Assembly (NCBI GenBank): GCA_963803145.1
Contig: CAWDLW010000015.1
Span: forward strand, 64,001 to 128,000
Length of the DNA stretch: 64,000 nucleotides
Origin: Methanotrichaceae archaeon
GTDB lineage: Archaea > Halobacteriota > Methanosarcinia > Methanotrichales > Methanotrichaceae
Reading direction: 5' to 3'
The notes beneath the pieces were generated by a model that saw nothing but the letters and a program-made list of their open reading frames with translations, did not search any database and was not told where the DNA came from. The position numbers were made by a program, and so were the translations under genes. Below are positions 51,463-61,539 of the stretch, piece after piece. Numbering within the stretch: position 1 is the first letter of the stretch; every line of letters begins with the position of its first letter.

Positions 51463-51861
51463 TCACCTATAGGACTTCTGGTACTTGGCCCTAGCACCGC
51501 GTCCACCGAACTTTTTCTTCTCCTTCTGTCTATGATCGCTAACAAGAAGATTTCTGTCGTACTCGGAGTAAGCCTCCTTGAGACCTGTATCGCCCGTCCA
51601 CTCGACAATGCCTTTGGCGATAGCTGTTCTGATGGCATCAGCCTGGCCTATGGTTCCGCCGCCGCCAACAGATACATCGATATCGATTCCTTTAACGAAG
51701 TCACCAGCCAGCAGCACCGAATCCATGATCTTAAGCCTAGCAAGCTTCGGCTCATAGATCTCCAGGGGTACCTTGTTGATCCTAACTCTACCCTTTCCAT
51801 CCTTCAGGGCAGCCCTTGCAGTTGCCGTCTTCTTCTTGCCTGATGTATTGATTAATTTCAT
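51463..51861 (-). CDS. rps9: 30S ribosomal protein S9
   Basis: [29 protein letters not shown]. Confidence 0.97.
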   Translation of the reverse strand: MKLINTSGKKKTATARAALKDGKGRVRINKVPLEIYEPKLARLKIMDSVLLAGDFVKGIDIDVSVGGGGTIGQADAIRTAIAKGIVEWTGDTGLKEAYSEYDRNLLVSDHRQKEKKKFGGRGARAKYQKSYR

Positions 51862-51871
51862 AACGACCCCA

Positions 51872-52288
51872 TTAGAAGCTTGAACCGAGCCTCTTGCTTA
51901 GATCTCCAAGCTCGATAAAGTTGATTGTACTTGTCTCTCTCATCTTCGCTGCCTCAGGCTGCTCAAACTGTTTACCCTTAAGCTCCTTTGGAACACCAAT
52001 ATAAACCCGCAGCCTCGACATAGCATCTCTTCCACGCCTGAGCTTATATGGAAGCATTCCCCGCACAGTCCGGAGGAATATCATTTCAGGGCGTCTGGGG
52101 TAATAGGGCCCTCTTTCTTTGGTTCCCCTATGCCTGCGTGTCAAGTATTTATCATAAATACTATCACGGCTACCGGTTATTATAGCCTTATCAGCATTGA
52201 TGATATGAATTTCCTCTCCAGCAAGAAGGCGCGAAGCTGTAACACTTGCCAGTCGTCCCAGAACTAGTCCAGTTGCATCTACTATCAT
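51872..52288 (-). CDS. rpl13: 50S ribosomal protein L13
   Basis: [28 protein letters not shown]. Confidence 0.97.
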   Translation of the reverse strand: MIVDATGLVLGRLASVTASRLLAGEEIHIINADKAIITGSRDSIYDKYLTRRHRGTKERGPYYPRRPEMIFLRTVRGMLPYKLRRGRDAMSRLRVYIGVPKELKGKQFEQPEAAKMRETSTINFIELGDLSKRLGSSF

Positions 52289-52292
52289 TAGC

Positions 52293-52655
52293 TCACCTCA
52301 AAATCTTTATGCCGGTACCCTTTGGCTGCTCCAAAATGAGCTTTTCAATATCCAGGCATTTACCGCCTGCCGATGCTATCTTAGACATAGCCTGGCCGCT
52401 GAAGCCGAGTGCTGCTATAGTAACGCTATGATCAAGATCTCCAGAGGATAGAACCTTTCCTGCTATGAGCACGATATCATTGGGCTTGGTATGCCTGTTA
52501 ATCTTGCTAAGATTCACAGCAGCATAGTTGCGGCTTGGCTTTTCTAGTCGCCTTGCTATATCACGCCAGATGGCGACGCCATTGTTGCGAGAGGCAGCCT
52601 TAAGGTTACCGATAAGGCGAACCACTCTCGGATTAGTTTTTTCAATATTCTTCAT
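52293..52655 (-). CDS. rpl18e: 50S ribosomal protein L18e
   Basis: KTNPR, WRDIARRL, VNLSKINR, GKVLSSG. Confidence 0.96.
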   Translation of the reverse strand: MKNIEKTNPRVVRLIGNLKAASRNNGVAIWRDIARRLEKPSRNYAAVNLSKINRHTKPNDIVLIAGKVLSSGDLDHSVTIAALGFSGQAMSKIASAGGKCLDIEKLILEQPKGTGIKILR

Positions 52656-52915
52656 CGTAATTCTCCGCAATGTCTCGAGTGAGACCGACTCACGCGAAGG
52701 TTAGCTCGCGTTCGAACCAGCCGGTTCATGCGCCCAGGGCATGCTAGCCCATGTGCGGGATAAATAGATCGACTCCTCGCCAGTATTTAAGGGTTTTCCA
52801 TTTGTGTTGTGCGGTAGATCCCAGGATGGACCCTTGAAGAGCAAATATATCTGAGATCAGATCTTATGGTAAGGTATTAATGCCCTTACTAAACATATCG
52901 TCAACGTTGAGCTAA

Positions 52916-54178
52916 ATGATCGATCTTATAATAATACCCTGTATAGCTATAGGGTTCATTTTAGGAGCGATTAGCGGGCTTACGCCTGGACTGCATGTCA
53001 ACAACTTCGCATCCATGCTGCTTGCGCTTTCACCTGTGCTGATGGATAAAGGATTTCTACCGTACCACATTGCCTTAATGATTTTGGCGGCAAGCATATC
53101 ACAGACGTTTTTCGATACTATACCGGCGATACTCGTTGGCGCCCCTGATGCAGATACTGCTCTATCCGTCCTGCCAGGCCACAGCCTTGTTCTAGAAGGG
53201 CGTGCTGTTGAGGCGGTTCGCCTTTCAGCATTAGGCAGTGTGGGCTCTATTATCATCGCGCTTCTTCTAGTCTACCCTTTATCAGAGATCTTCTCTTTTT
53301 GCTATAGCTATCTTACGAAGTATATCGGAGTCTTCTTATTGGGAATAACGATGCTGATGATAAAGAGCGAGAGGGGCCCGCAAATTGAAGGTCAAGGTTC
53401 CCTTGTGCATCTGAAATACAAAGCGTTAGCAGCTCTTCTCTTTGCTACAAGCGGTTTTCTAGGCTTGTTCGCTCTCAACCACCAGGATCTGTTTCAATCG
53501 CCCCTCGGTTTCGAGCCACAGGCTCTATTGCCTCTGCTCTCGGGAATTTTCGGGGCATCTTTTCTGATATTAAGCCTTTATTCCGAATCTAAGATCCCTG
53601 AGCAGACTGAGACCGAGATGAAAATTACTCTTAATGCCCTGACAAAATCGGTCATTGCAGGTGGCTTCGGCGGCTCTGTTGTGGCATGGATCCCAGGGAT
53701 TTCACCGGCAGTGGCGACTATAACCATGCGATTAGGCGTGCCCTCCTCCGCAGAGGAGTTCTTGGTATCCATTGCTGGTGTGAACACATCCAATGCGCTT
53801 TTCTCTCTGGTAGCGCTCTATGCGGTTGGCAGACCGCGAAGTGGCGCAGTGGTGGCAATTCAAAAATTGATAACCGTGGACAAGAATATTCTGCTTCAGA
53901 TGATGATAATTATAGTAATAGTCGCAGCTATATCTTACATAGCAGTTATAGCATCAGCACGTTTTGCCGCCCGGGTGATACCGCGGCTGAACTATAGGAT
54001 GCTTTGCCTCTGTGTTCTAGCTGGACTTACAGCCATGTGTCTTGTGTTCACCGGATGGTTCGGGCTTTTCGTATTTTTCCTTTCTACGGTAGTTGGTCTT
54101 ATCGCGCCCGTCGCCGGAATCCACAAGACGCATGCTATGGGGGTGCTGATGCTGCCGCTGATTATGCATTATCTATAG
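52916..54178 (+). CDS. Tripartite tricarboxylate transporter TctA-family membrane protein
   Basis: GLTPGLHVN, F.DTIPAILVGAPD, VLPGH, RPRSG. Confidence 0.85.
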   Translation: MIDLIIIPCIAIGFILGAISGLTPGLHVNNFASMLLALSPVLMDKGFLPYHIALMILAASISQTFFDTIPAILVGAPDADTALSVLPGHSLVLEGRAVEAVRLSALGSVGSIIIALLLVYPLSEIFSFCYSYLTKYIGVFLLGITMLMIKSERGPQIEGQGSLVHLKYKALAALLFATSGFLGLFALNHQDLFQSPLGFEPQALLPLLSGIFGASFLILSLYSESKIPEQTETEMKITLNALTKSVIAGGFGGSVVAWIPGISPAVATITMRLGVPSSAEEFLVSIAGVNTSNALFSLVALYAVGRPRSGAVVAIQKLITVDKNILLQMMIIIVIVAAISYIAVIASARFAARVIPRLNYRMLCLCVLAGLTAMCLVFTGWFGLFVFFLSTVVGLIAPVAGIHKTHAMGVLMLPLIMHYL

Positions 54179-54262
54179 ATGAAATAGTGCTTAATTGGAA
54201 TGCTATGTATCTACATATATAAGTCATGCTAATTATATCGCTTATAAAATTGAAAAAGAAAC

Positions 54263-54285
54263 CTCCTGGATAACATTCCCAGGAG
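54263..54285. terminator. Hairpin between convergent genes
   Basis: CTCCTGG / CCAGGAG with an adjacent A-run. Confidence 0.4.
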
Positions 54286-54321
54286 CCGAGTGGGACTTAA
54301 ATATAATATGGAGAAGCCCAC

Positions 54322-54573
54322 TCACATCCAGTGCTTCTTCATTTCATGATATTTCTTATGCTTTTTGGCGAAGATAATCATCATAACTACTGATGACACT
54401 CCTACCATGGTATACACAATCCTCGACAGTTTTGAGCCTCTCCCAAAGAGTACATCCACAAGGCTGAAGCCGAAAAGTCCAACAATTCCCCAATTCAGGC
54501 CGCCTATAATAACCAGCAGTGGTGCCAGAAGAAAGAGCGGCTTACAATGCTTGCCATGCTTCCAATGCATCAT
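54322..54573 (-). CDS. DUF378-family small membrane protein
   Basis: LVIIGGLNWGIVGLFGFSLV...SRIVY..VG. Confidence 0.88.
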   Translation of the reverse strand: MMHWKHGKHCKPLFLLAPLLVIIGGLNWGIVGLFGFSLVDVLFGRGSKLSRIVYTMVGVSSVVMMIIFAKKHKKYHEMKKHWM

Positions 54574-54659
54574 TTTAGATCTCCTTGAAATATTTACAGA
54601 TAAAAATTATAGAGTATTACTACAAATATTTTATCTGAAAGTGCTGCCCCTATGTGTAA

Positions 54660-55616
54660 TTAGCGCAGGCAATTCTCTATCTGCGCCAGGGCCGTTGCTG
54701 GAAGTCCGCATTGCTGAAGATGATTTGCAAGCAGATTCGCCCTTTCCCCTTCAGGATGATATATCAGAACCTCTTGTGGCGAGATATGCTCAATCATTCG
54801 CATGAGTCCCCTGAAATCCAGGTGATCGCTCAATCTGATCGTTGGGTAGGAAGTATCTCGCCTGCCTGTCAGAAAATACTTGTTCCGCCCAGGTATCTGC
54901 CCCAGATTCCAGGGGGTGACCACGTTCGTTCCTTCGCCGCTTACCGGGGACAGCGGCTCAGAGTACGGCATAAGCTCCTTCGTTAAAGCAAGGCTTTGCT
55001 CATCCATTCCTATCTCGCCATCGTAGCCCATTGCCCTGATTAATGCAACAGCCCTCTGAGCTTTTCCAAAGGCATAGGCACCAAAGCTCGCTCCTGACTC
55101 AAGAGCTTCATAAAAGCCCCCAATATCATCATCGAAAATACAAGAGGGATCCCAGGGATCGCCGTAGTTGGCTTCCGATACCAGGTAATCGCAGCGTGGA
55201 AGTGCGCTATAATCCTTCACATCCCCTGTAACAAGAACGCGGGTTCCGACCTCGGTCTCCCATCCGAAGGCACAGGAGCCGATGGTATGACCAGTTGTGT
55301 ATGTTTTGACTTCAACGTCCCCGATCATTATGCTCTCGCCTACTGTAAATCTCCTGCCGTTATATTTGCGACCATAGCGTATCTCCAGGGCGCGTGCCGT
55401 CTCAACAGATGCGATAGCTAGCTCTGAAAGCATGGCGGATTTTCCATAATGATCGCTATGCGCGTGAGTAATGAGAAAGGCATCAGGCTGTGTAGCGTAT
55501 TTTGGAGATCTACTTGTATCTATAGAAAAGAGATGAGAATCGAATTTTATGGAGAGATGAGGCGCAGAACCGCCGCAGCTATTAAGCCTCCTTACAGGCT
55601 CCACGCCTAGGTCCAT
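54660..55616 (-). CDS. MBL-fold beta-CASP-like nuclease
   Basis: ITHAHSDH, GHTIGS, VTGD, EANYG, AFGKAQR, LSDHLDF. Confidence 0.85.
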   Translation of the reverse strand: MDLGVEPVRRLNSCGGSAPHLSIKFDSHLFSIDTSRSPKYATQPDAFLITHAHSDHYGKSAMLSELAIASVETARALEIRYGRKYNGRRFTVGESIMIGDVEVKTYTTGHTIGSCAFGWETEVGTRVLVTGDVKDYSALPRCDYLVSEANYGDPWDPSCIFDDDIGGFYEALESGASFGAYAFGKAQRAVALIRAMGYDGEIGMDEQSLALTKELMPYSEPLSPVSGEGTNVVTPWNLGQIPGRNKYFLTGRRDTSYPTIRLSDHLDFRGLMRMIEHISPQEVLIYHPEGERANLLANHLQQCGLPATALAQIENCLR

Positions 55617-55620
55617 AGTA

Positions 55621-55893
55621 TCACTTCAAAGCATCGTTTATGGCTTTGGAGAGTTCATCCTTGGATGTCACACCCATCCACTTCTTCAGCTCAACGCCGT
55701 CCTTCTCGAGGATGAGCGTAGGAACTACGAAGATGCCTTTCTGTGATGCTAGCTCCCCTTCTTTATCTACGTTTATCTTCTTGAACTCAGCCTTATCCTT
55801 GAACTCAATCTTAAGAGCGTCTATTATTGGGGACTGCACCCTGCAGGGCCCGCACCAATCTGCATAAAAGTCCATAAGAACGGGTTTGGCCAA
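55621..55893 (-). CDS. Thioredoxin
   Basis: DFYADWCGPC, VPTL. Confidence 0.93.
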   Translation of the reverse strand: MAKPVLMDFYADWCGPCRVQSPIIDALKIEFKDKAEFKKINVDKEGELASQKGIFVVPTLILEKDGVELKKWMGVTSKDELSKAINDALK

Positions 55894-55953
55894 AATGTAT
55901 CACCTCATGAAATCCTTGAGCATTAACAAATTAGGTTTGACCTTCCTACTATA

Positions 55954-56403
55954 TCAAGCTATATCGAACTTCACGCCGATTTTAAATATCCTAATTGTAG
56001 GCAGGACAAGCTGTTTCATTCCAGTCTTTGATTTTATCTCATCAAGGGATTCAAGAATCCTTTGCTCCTTTGCGGATATAGTGAACCAGAGGTTGTAGCC
56101 TGTCTCATTCGGCCTCAGGTAATTGTGTGAAACCTCTTCATATTCGTTCACAACTTCGGCAACCTCGTCAGCCTTCTCCGCCGGAACTTTTAGTGCAACA
56201 AGGACCCCGCTGTATCCCAATTTTCTCAAATCCATTATTGGCCCAATTCTTCTAATGAGGCCATCACTTTTGAGCCTATCCAGCCTAACGATCGCCTCTG
56301 CCTCGCTTATCCCAAGCGATTCGCCTAAAGTGTGAAATGGCCTTTTCACAAGAGGGAATCCTTCCTGGACCCGTGCCAGAAGCTTAAGGTCAGTCTCATC
56401 CAT
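55954..56403 (-). CDS. ahbA: Siroheme decarboxylase alpha subunit (AsnC-like)
   Basis: Q.GFPL..RPF, IRRIGP, VSHNYLR, YNLWFT, FKIGVKF. Confidence 0.85.
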   Translation of the reverse strand: MDETDLKLLARVQEGFPLVKRPFHTLGESLGISEAEAIVRLDRLKSDGLIRRIGPIMDLRKLGYSGVLVALKVPAEKADEVAEVVNEYEEVSHNYLRPNETGYNLWFTISAKEQRILESLDEIKSKTGMKQLVLPTIRIFKIGVKFDIA

Positions 56404-57371
56404 CAGACAGTCTCCGGACATAGTGGATCGGACTGCAGATAGTCGCCCGTCTTTGAGTAGGCCCTTGCCCTGCAGCCGCCACAGATCTTCATATAACTAC
56501 ATTCGCCGCATTTTCCTTTAAGCTCTCGATCTTTCAAGGACTTTAGGACGGGGGAGCTTTCCCAAATCTCAAGAAAACTCTGCTCACGGATATTGCCTGC
56601 GAGAAGCGGCAGGTAGCCACATGGATAGACCTGCCCACGTCTGGAGATGAAGACGAAACTCCTTCCTGCAAGACATCCTCCGCTGTGTCTTCGTCCTTCC
56701 TTCGCTTTTGATATCCTGGCATACTGAGGGGCGCATGTAACCTGGATCTCGATATGCCTTCTGGAACTTTCCTTATCTATCATGCGGAGAATTTCCTCTT
56801 GCTGTATGGGGGATATTAGGTCCTCCTCTTTTCCTCTGCCTGTAGGGACTAAGAAGAAAAAGTGAAGGGCCTTTGCTCCAAGTTTTTCAGCAAGATCGAA
56901 CATGGATAGGATACTATCCTTATTTTTTCTAGTGATAGTTGTATTGATCTGGAAATCGATTTTACCCTGTAAGTTATCTATTCCCTTCATCGTCTGCATG
57001 AAGCAGCCCAGGCCGCGAGTTGTGTCATGCGTTTTAGGAGATGCCCCATCAAGGCTTATGCTCACACGCTTTATTCCTGAGGCCGCTATCTTATCCACGA
57101 CATCAGAAGTAAGCAATGTTCCATTTGTTGCGAGCGAAGTGCGAAGGCCCTTATCGGAGGCATGCTTCGCCAGCATAAAGATGTCAGGGCGCAGCAACGG
57201 TTCGCCTCCGCTCAGTATAAGCATGGGCTTTAACGGGGCAATCTCGTCAATAAAGGCCAATGCTTCGGTGGTGGTGAGCTCATCGGGATCGGGCGTGGGC
57301 TTGGCTGAAGCTCTGCAATAGCTGCAATGCAGATTACAGGCAGATGTAGTCTCCCATGCTATTATCAGCAT
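56403..57371 (-). CDS. ahbD: Radical SAM/SPASM heme b synthase-like
   Basis: AWETTSACNLHCSYCRASA, LVPTGRG, TCAPQY, GCLAG, SPASM cysteines; adjacent to ahbA. Confidence 0.78.
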   Translation of the reverse strand: MLIIAWETTSACNLHCSYCRASAKPTPDPDELTTTEALAFIDEIAPLKPMLILSGGEPLLRPDIFMLAKHASDKGLRTSLATNGTLLTSDVVDKIAASGIKRVSISLDGASPKTHDTTRGLGCFMQTMKGIDNLQGKIDFQINTTITRKNKDSILSMFDLAEKLGAKALHFFFLVPTGRGKEEDLISPIQQEEILRMIDKESSRRHIEIQVTCAPQYARISKAKEGRRHSGGCLAGRSFVFISRRGQVYPCGYLPLLAGNIREQSFLEIWESSPVLKSLKDRELKGKCGECSYMKICGGCRARAYSKTGDYLQSDPLCPETV

Positions 57372-58402
57372 CAGAGGTAGCCTTTCTTATGCAGTAGCTC
57401 TGCGTTGAGTATGCTTGCTCCGGCAGCCCCGCGGACAGTGTTGTGACCCATTGCTATGAACCTGATTCCCGACCTGATGCGTCCTACTGATACCGACATG
57501 CCATTTCCTCGATTGCGATCGAGACGAGGCTGAGGCCTGTCAACCTCATCCTTGACTATGAGTGCCCTCTCGGGCGAAGTCGGCAGATCGCCGAGCTTGG
57601 GATCGAAGTCAAGCATTGCTTTCCTGACCTCCTCGGGTGTTGGGCTATCTCTCATAGTTACCCAGACAGCTTCAGTGTGGCCATCCATGACAGGCACACG
57701 ATGGCAGCTCGCACTGACTGTGAAATCAGCAGGAACGATCTTCTGGCCGTCAAAGGCGCCCAGAATCTTCTGGGGTTCCATCTCCACCTTCTCCTCCTCG
57801 CCACCAATATAGGGAATTACATTTCCGAGGATTGCCATGGAAGGGACTCCCTCATAGCCTGCGCCGCTTACAGCCTGCATGGATGCGACATGTACTGTTT
57901 GGATCCCGAACTTCATGAGCGGCTTAAGGGCCAGGGTAAACATGACGGTCGTGCAATTTGGATTGGTCGTGAGGTAACCATCCCAGCCTCTCTTCTCCTG
58001 CTGCACTTTAATTAGCTCTAGGTGCTCATGGTTGCACTCTGGTATAAGAAGCGGCACATCAGCAACCATGCGGTAAGAGCTGGTGTTGCTTGCTACAGCA
58101 AAGCCTGCAGCAGCAAAGGCAGGCTCAGCCGTCTTGGCCTCATCAGCCGGAAGCGCCGAGAATACTATATCCGCGTCCACCTCTCTGGGATCAACATTAA
58201 CTACGGTCATATCTCCTATATCAGAGGGAAGCTCGCTCTCAAGGCGCCATTTTGCAGCCTCGCTATACTTCTTTCCTGCGCTCCTTTCAGAGGCCGCGAG
58301 GCTCGTAAGCTCAAACCAAGGATGCTTCTTTAGTCCCTCAATGAATCGCTGTCCTACGGCGCCGGTTGCGCCCAGAACGCCTGCTTTGATCTTGGCCATC
58401 AA
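57371..58402 (-). CDS. asd: Aspartate-semialdehyde dehydrogenase
   Basis: [42 protein letters not shown]. Confidence 0.96.
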   Translation of the reverse strand: MMAKIKAGVLGATGAVGQRFIEGLKKHPWFELTSLAASERSAGKKYSEAAKWRLESELPSDIGDMTVVNVDPREVDADIVFSALPADEAKTAEPAFAAAGFAVASNTSSYRMVADVPLLIPECNHEHLELIKVQQEKRGWDGYLTTNPNCTTVMFTLALKPLMKFGIQTVHVASMQAVSGAGYEGVPSMAILGNVIPYIGGEEEKVEMEPQKILGAFDGQKIVPADFTVSASCHRVPVMDGHTEAVWVTMRDSPTPEEVRKAMLDFDPKLGDLPTSPERALIVKDEVDRPQPRLDRNRGNGMSVSVGRIRSGIRFIAMGHNTVRGAAGASILNAELLHKKGYL

Positions 58403-58849
58403 ATCACCTAAACTAGGTGGGGCGGTAGGAGCTGAGGTGTATATATTTCCTTCTCAGGAATGCTTCGAAAAAAGAGCCAGAAAGAAAATCTAGGTTCAAG
58501 CTCATTAGAGGGCTTGCTATACGACGAACTATGTATTCTGATATCTCTGGCAGCCCTAGTAGCTTCAAATCGTTCGATCATCTTTTCAAAGGGCTCCTGG
58601 AACCAAACCTGAAAAGAGTCAACTGGCGATCCGAGATCGCCATCCTCTTCTTTTTTGCCTGCGGAGATCCGAAGGTCTGCTGCTAACTGCCGATCAAAAC
58701 AGAGAGGAAATAAATGCAGCTTCGCCAGATTGAATTGATTCTTCCTCAAAATAGGCTAACAGATGCTGAGGAGCTGATAAAGAATAGAAAAGAGTTCTCA
58801 GCATAAGTATACAGCCGATTACAGCCTCACAGAGATATTGATATTGGGT

Positions 58850-59115
58850 CTGTACAGTCGGAAAATCCATCAATTCCTGAGATTTAGTCCAGAATAAGTG
58901 TAGGGCTTATGGACGTGATCTTTGCTCTTGCTTCTGGATGTGATGGAGCGCTGTCATTCACCTCTGCAGCTCAAGCTGCCCTAATTGGCGTAGCTTAGGA
59001 TGATATCGATTTAAAGCAGTGGGTCATCTTATTCAGCTAGCTCTACTGGTGGTCATGGAAATCTACAAAGCGCTGAAAGATGAGCGGAAAGTCTACAATT
59101 CTACAATAAGTGAGA
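58850..59115 (+). pseudogene. Possible decayed C-terminus of a cation-transport P-type ATPase
   Basis: Fragments such as DLKQWVIL and LLVVMEIYKAL, interrupted by stops and frameshifts. Confidence 0.25.
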
Positions 59116-60408
59116 ATACTCCTGCAGTCAAACGATTCTATAGTTCAATTAAATATTTAAAGTAGCATCGAGCAGTCCCAGCTTCGGCTCTAACTTAAGG
59201 CGTTTATCATCCATAGTTTGGTTCAGTAAGAATTCTGGCTGATACAAATGATTGTGGTGCTTCAGATAAGATCCTCTCCCTGCTGTACTGGGGCCAAAAT
59301 GTATCCGCTGGAGTGGATGCAAAGAGTTGAGGATCCGTCCCATGCAGCACTCTTCGCGGACATCGCCTGATTTCGTTTGATGGCAAGACATCTCCAGGGA
59401 TGAAACATTGTACATTATTTTAATTCCCAAACTCGGAGCTTCGAATTCTGATTAAGCTAGTGTAATATCTGCGACCTAACGGCGTTTTATCGTATCATCA
59501 GCCACCACCATAAGATAGCAATAGCCACTAGCAGTGTTAATATTAGAGCATCTCTAATCCCTTTTTCCATAGCCTGCATCCTTTTAATTAACTATCTCAT
59601 CAAATCTCCGATAATAATCAAGAGTGCGCAAATTCCTCCCAAAACTGCTCCGATGGTTGTACTTTCTGGGCGCTTAACCCCATATGGCTTACCGTTCTTT
59701 GGTTTATTCATATAAATTTGTTCAGTACTTTTCCAATACTGTCGCATTGGTTCCGTTATTCCTTCCATTTAATTCGCCTCCACATATGATAATTCCATTT
59801 GCAGATAATGCAACAAAATGGTTTGTATTTTTTTGAAACTGGTCAGATAAAGAAGTTTTGTTTGGATTAATACCAATAGAAGTTGATATTTCGTCCATGA
59901 ATTAGCCATATGCTTTCTCTGAATCTTGTCCATCATCGTTCCATTACCTGGCTTTTTCTACTACCTTATAGGTATTAACCTATTTTACCCTTATGGTGAT
60001 TTTACCATTTAAGCCCTAATACCAAAAGAGTTAAAAACTTGGAAATACGATTGCGAGGAAGGTAGGCCAGCTGAAATGTCATTCCCTCCCAATATGCTTA
60101 ACAGCAAATTGCGTCCATTATCCTACATCTGTAAGCAATACCGCGGTTATGAGTAAACTTGGCATAAGATTGGCCTACCTATCACCTCTTTGATTTTTAT
60201 ACATGCGGAGAGTGTTGGAGAAACTAATTGGAACGCGGCTGTTTTAGCATTCACGCTCACAGGCGCAATTAGGAAGTTGTTGCTGAATAGGCAATTCCAT
60301 TTATATAATGCCTTATCGTGAGTTTTGCAATCTTATCTTAGAAATAAGGTTTGAATCCCAGCTGTCTGCTTTATTTTCCGATCCCTTAGTTAACTTATTG
60401 GGCTCAAC

Positions 60409-60855
60409 CTACTGATGCCTGATCGTGCTAAGATCGCTGAAAATCTCTGCGGCGATTGCGGGCGAGACCCTATAGCGCTCACAGATTGCCAGTATTCTAT
60501 GAATTTCATCCCGTTCAAATGAGGCCGTGTGTTGAGCAACATACAACATTGCCCCCTGGTAGCCTTCATCCAACAATTTCTCTTGAATAGCATCTAATAG
60601 GTGCTCATCTATGGAGACCCCAATTTTCCCAATTTTGTTTATCACCTTTGCGATCTTTGGATCATTGAAATCCACGCTTGCTACTTCGGGAGTGGAAGTC
60701 ATTTCGATAAAATCCAATGACTTCTTGGAAACTCCGCTCATTATCAACTCAGATGCAAGCTTCTTTAGCGTTTTTCTCTGGAGGATGGCCTCAGCCTCAA
60801 GTGCTCTGTAGGCCTCAGGTGTGACCTCTATCCTGGTATATCTATTGCTTGGCAT
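60409..60855 (-). CDS. Hypothetical protein with N-terminal ribbon-helix-helix-like segment
   Basis: YTRIEVTPEAYRALEAEAILQRKTLKKLASELI pattern; G-rich RBS. Confidence 0.65.
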   Translation of the reverse strand: MPSNRYTRIEVTPEAYRALEAEAILQRKTLKKLASELIMSGVSKKSLDFIEMTSTPEVASVDFNDPKIAKVINKIGKIGVSIDEHLLDAIQEKLLDEGYQGAMLYVAQHTASFERDEIHRILAICERYRVSPAIAAEIFSDLSTIRHQ

Positions 60856-61539
60856 TCGATCACGGCCCCCCCTCTACTTAATGGACTTATAGATATTATG
60901 GGTATTAAAAGACTACGTTATGCGATACAGTCAATTTGATCCTGCTGGAAACACTACCTCATTGAACTAACATAATTTTAAGTGGGGCATTAATCACATA
61001 TGATACGGTGACCGGATATTATCCATTTTTAGAACTATTGATCATGCAGGGGATGCTGTAAGCGAAAAGATTGACTCGTTTTCAATATCAGATATGCTTC
61101 CATTAGTTTGATTTTAGGGCCATACCTTTTTGGCTTTTTTCCCTTTTTTACCAAAAAGGATAAATACCATTTACACCACTAAGGAATAACTAAAAATGAT
61201 AAGGGGAAAAGGATATGGATAAATCAGTACGCGTAAATGCATTTCCTTATTGGATAGCCATACTGGTAATAATCGATATAGCCTTAATTGCAATGGGAGT
61301 AATGCGAACCTGAAACGGAAGAGATCTTTATAAATACAGTTGCGATAAAGTGTCTTTCTCTTAGCAATGAACTCTAATGGCATGACATCACCGAATAAAA
61401 ACAGGATAGGCCGTAAGATGCACGATACTGTTAATTTGCAGAAAGGCCTGTTCTGATAATCAGATGTGGTGCAATCTCCGGAAGATAAATAAGATCGCTA
61501 ATATCGCCACGGCAAACGATGACTTATCCCAATGGCAGA

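Noticed and set aside
51181-51843. 220-aa plus-strand ORF
   Set aside because: Antisense shadow of tRNA-Pro, rpoN and rps9.
58408-58749. 113-aa ORF upstream of asd
   Set aside because: No recognisable motif; it runs over the probable asd promoter, so it is likely spurious or decayed.
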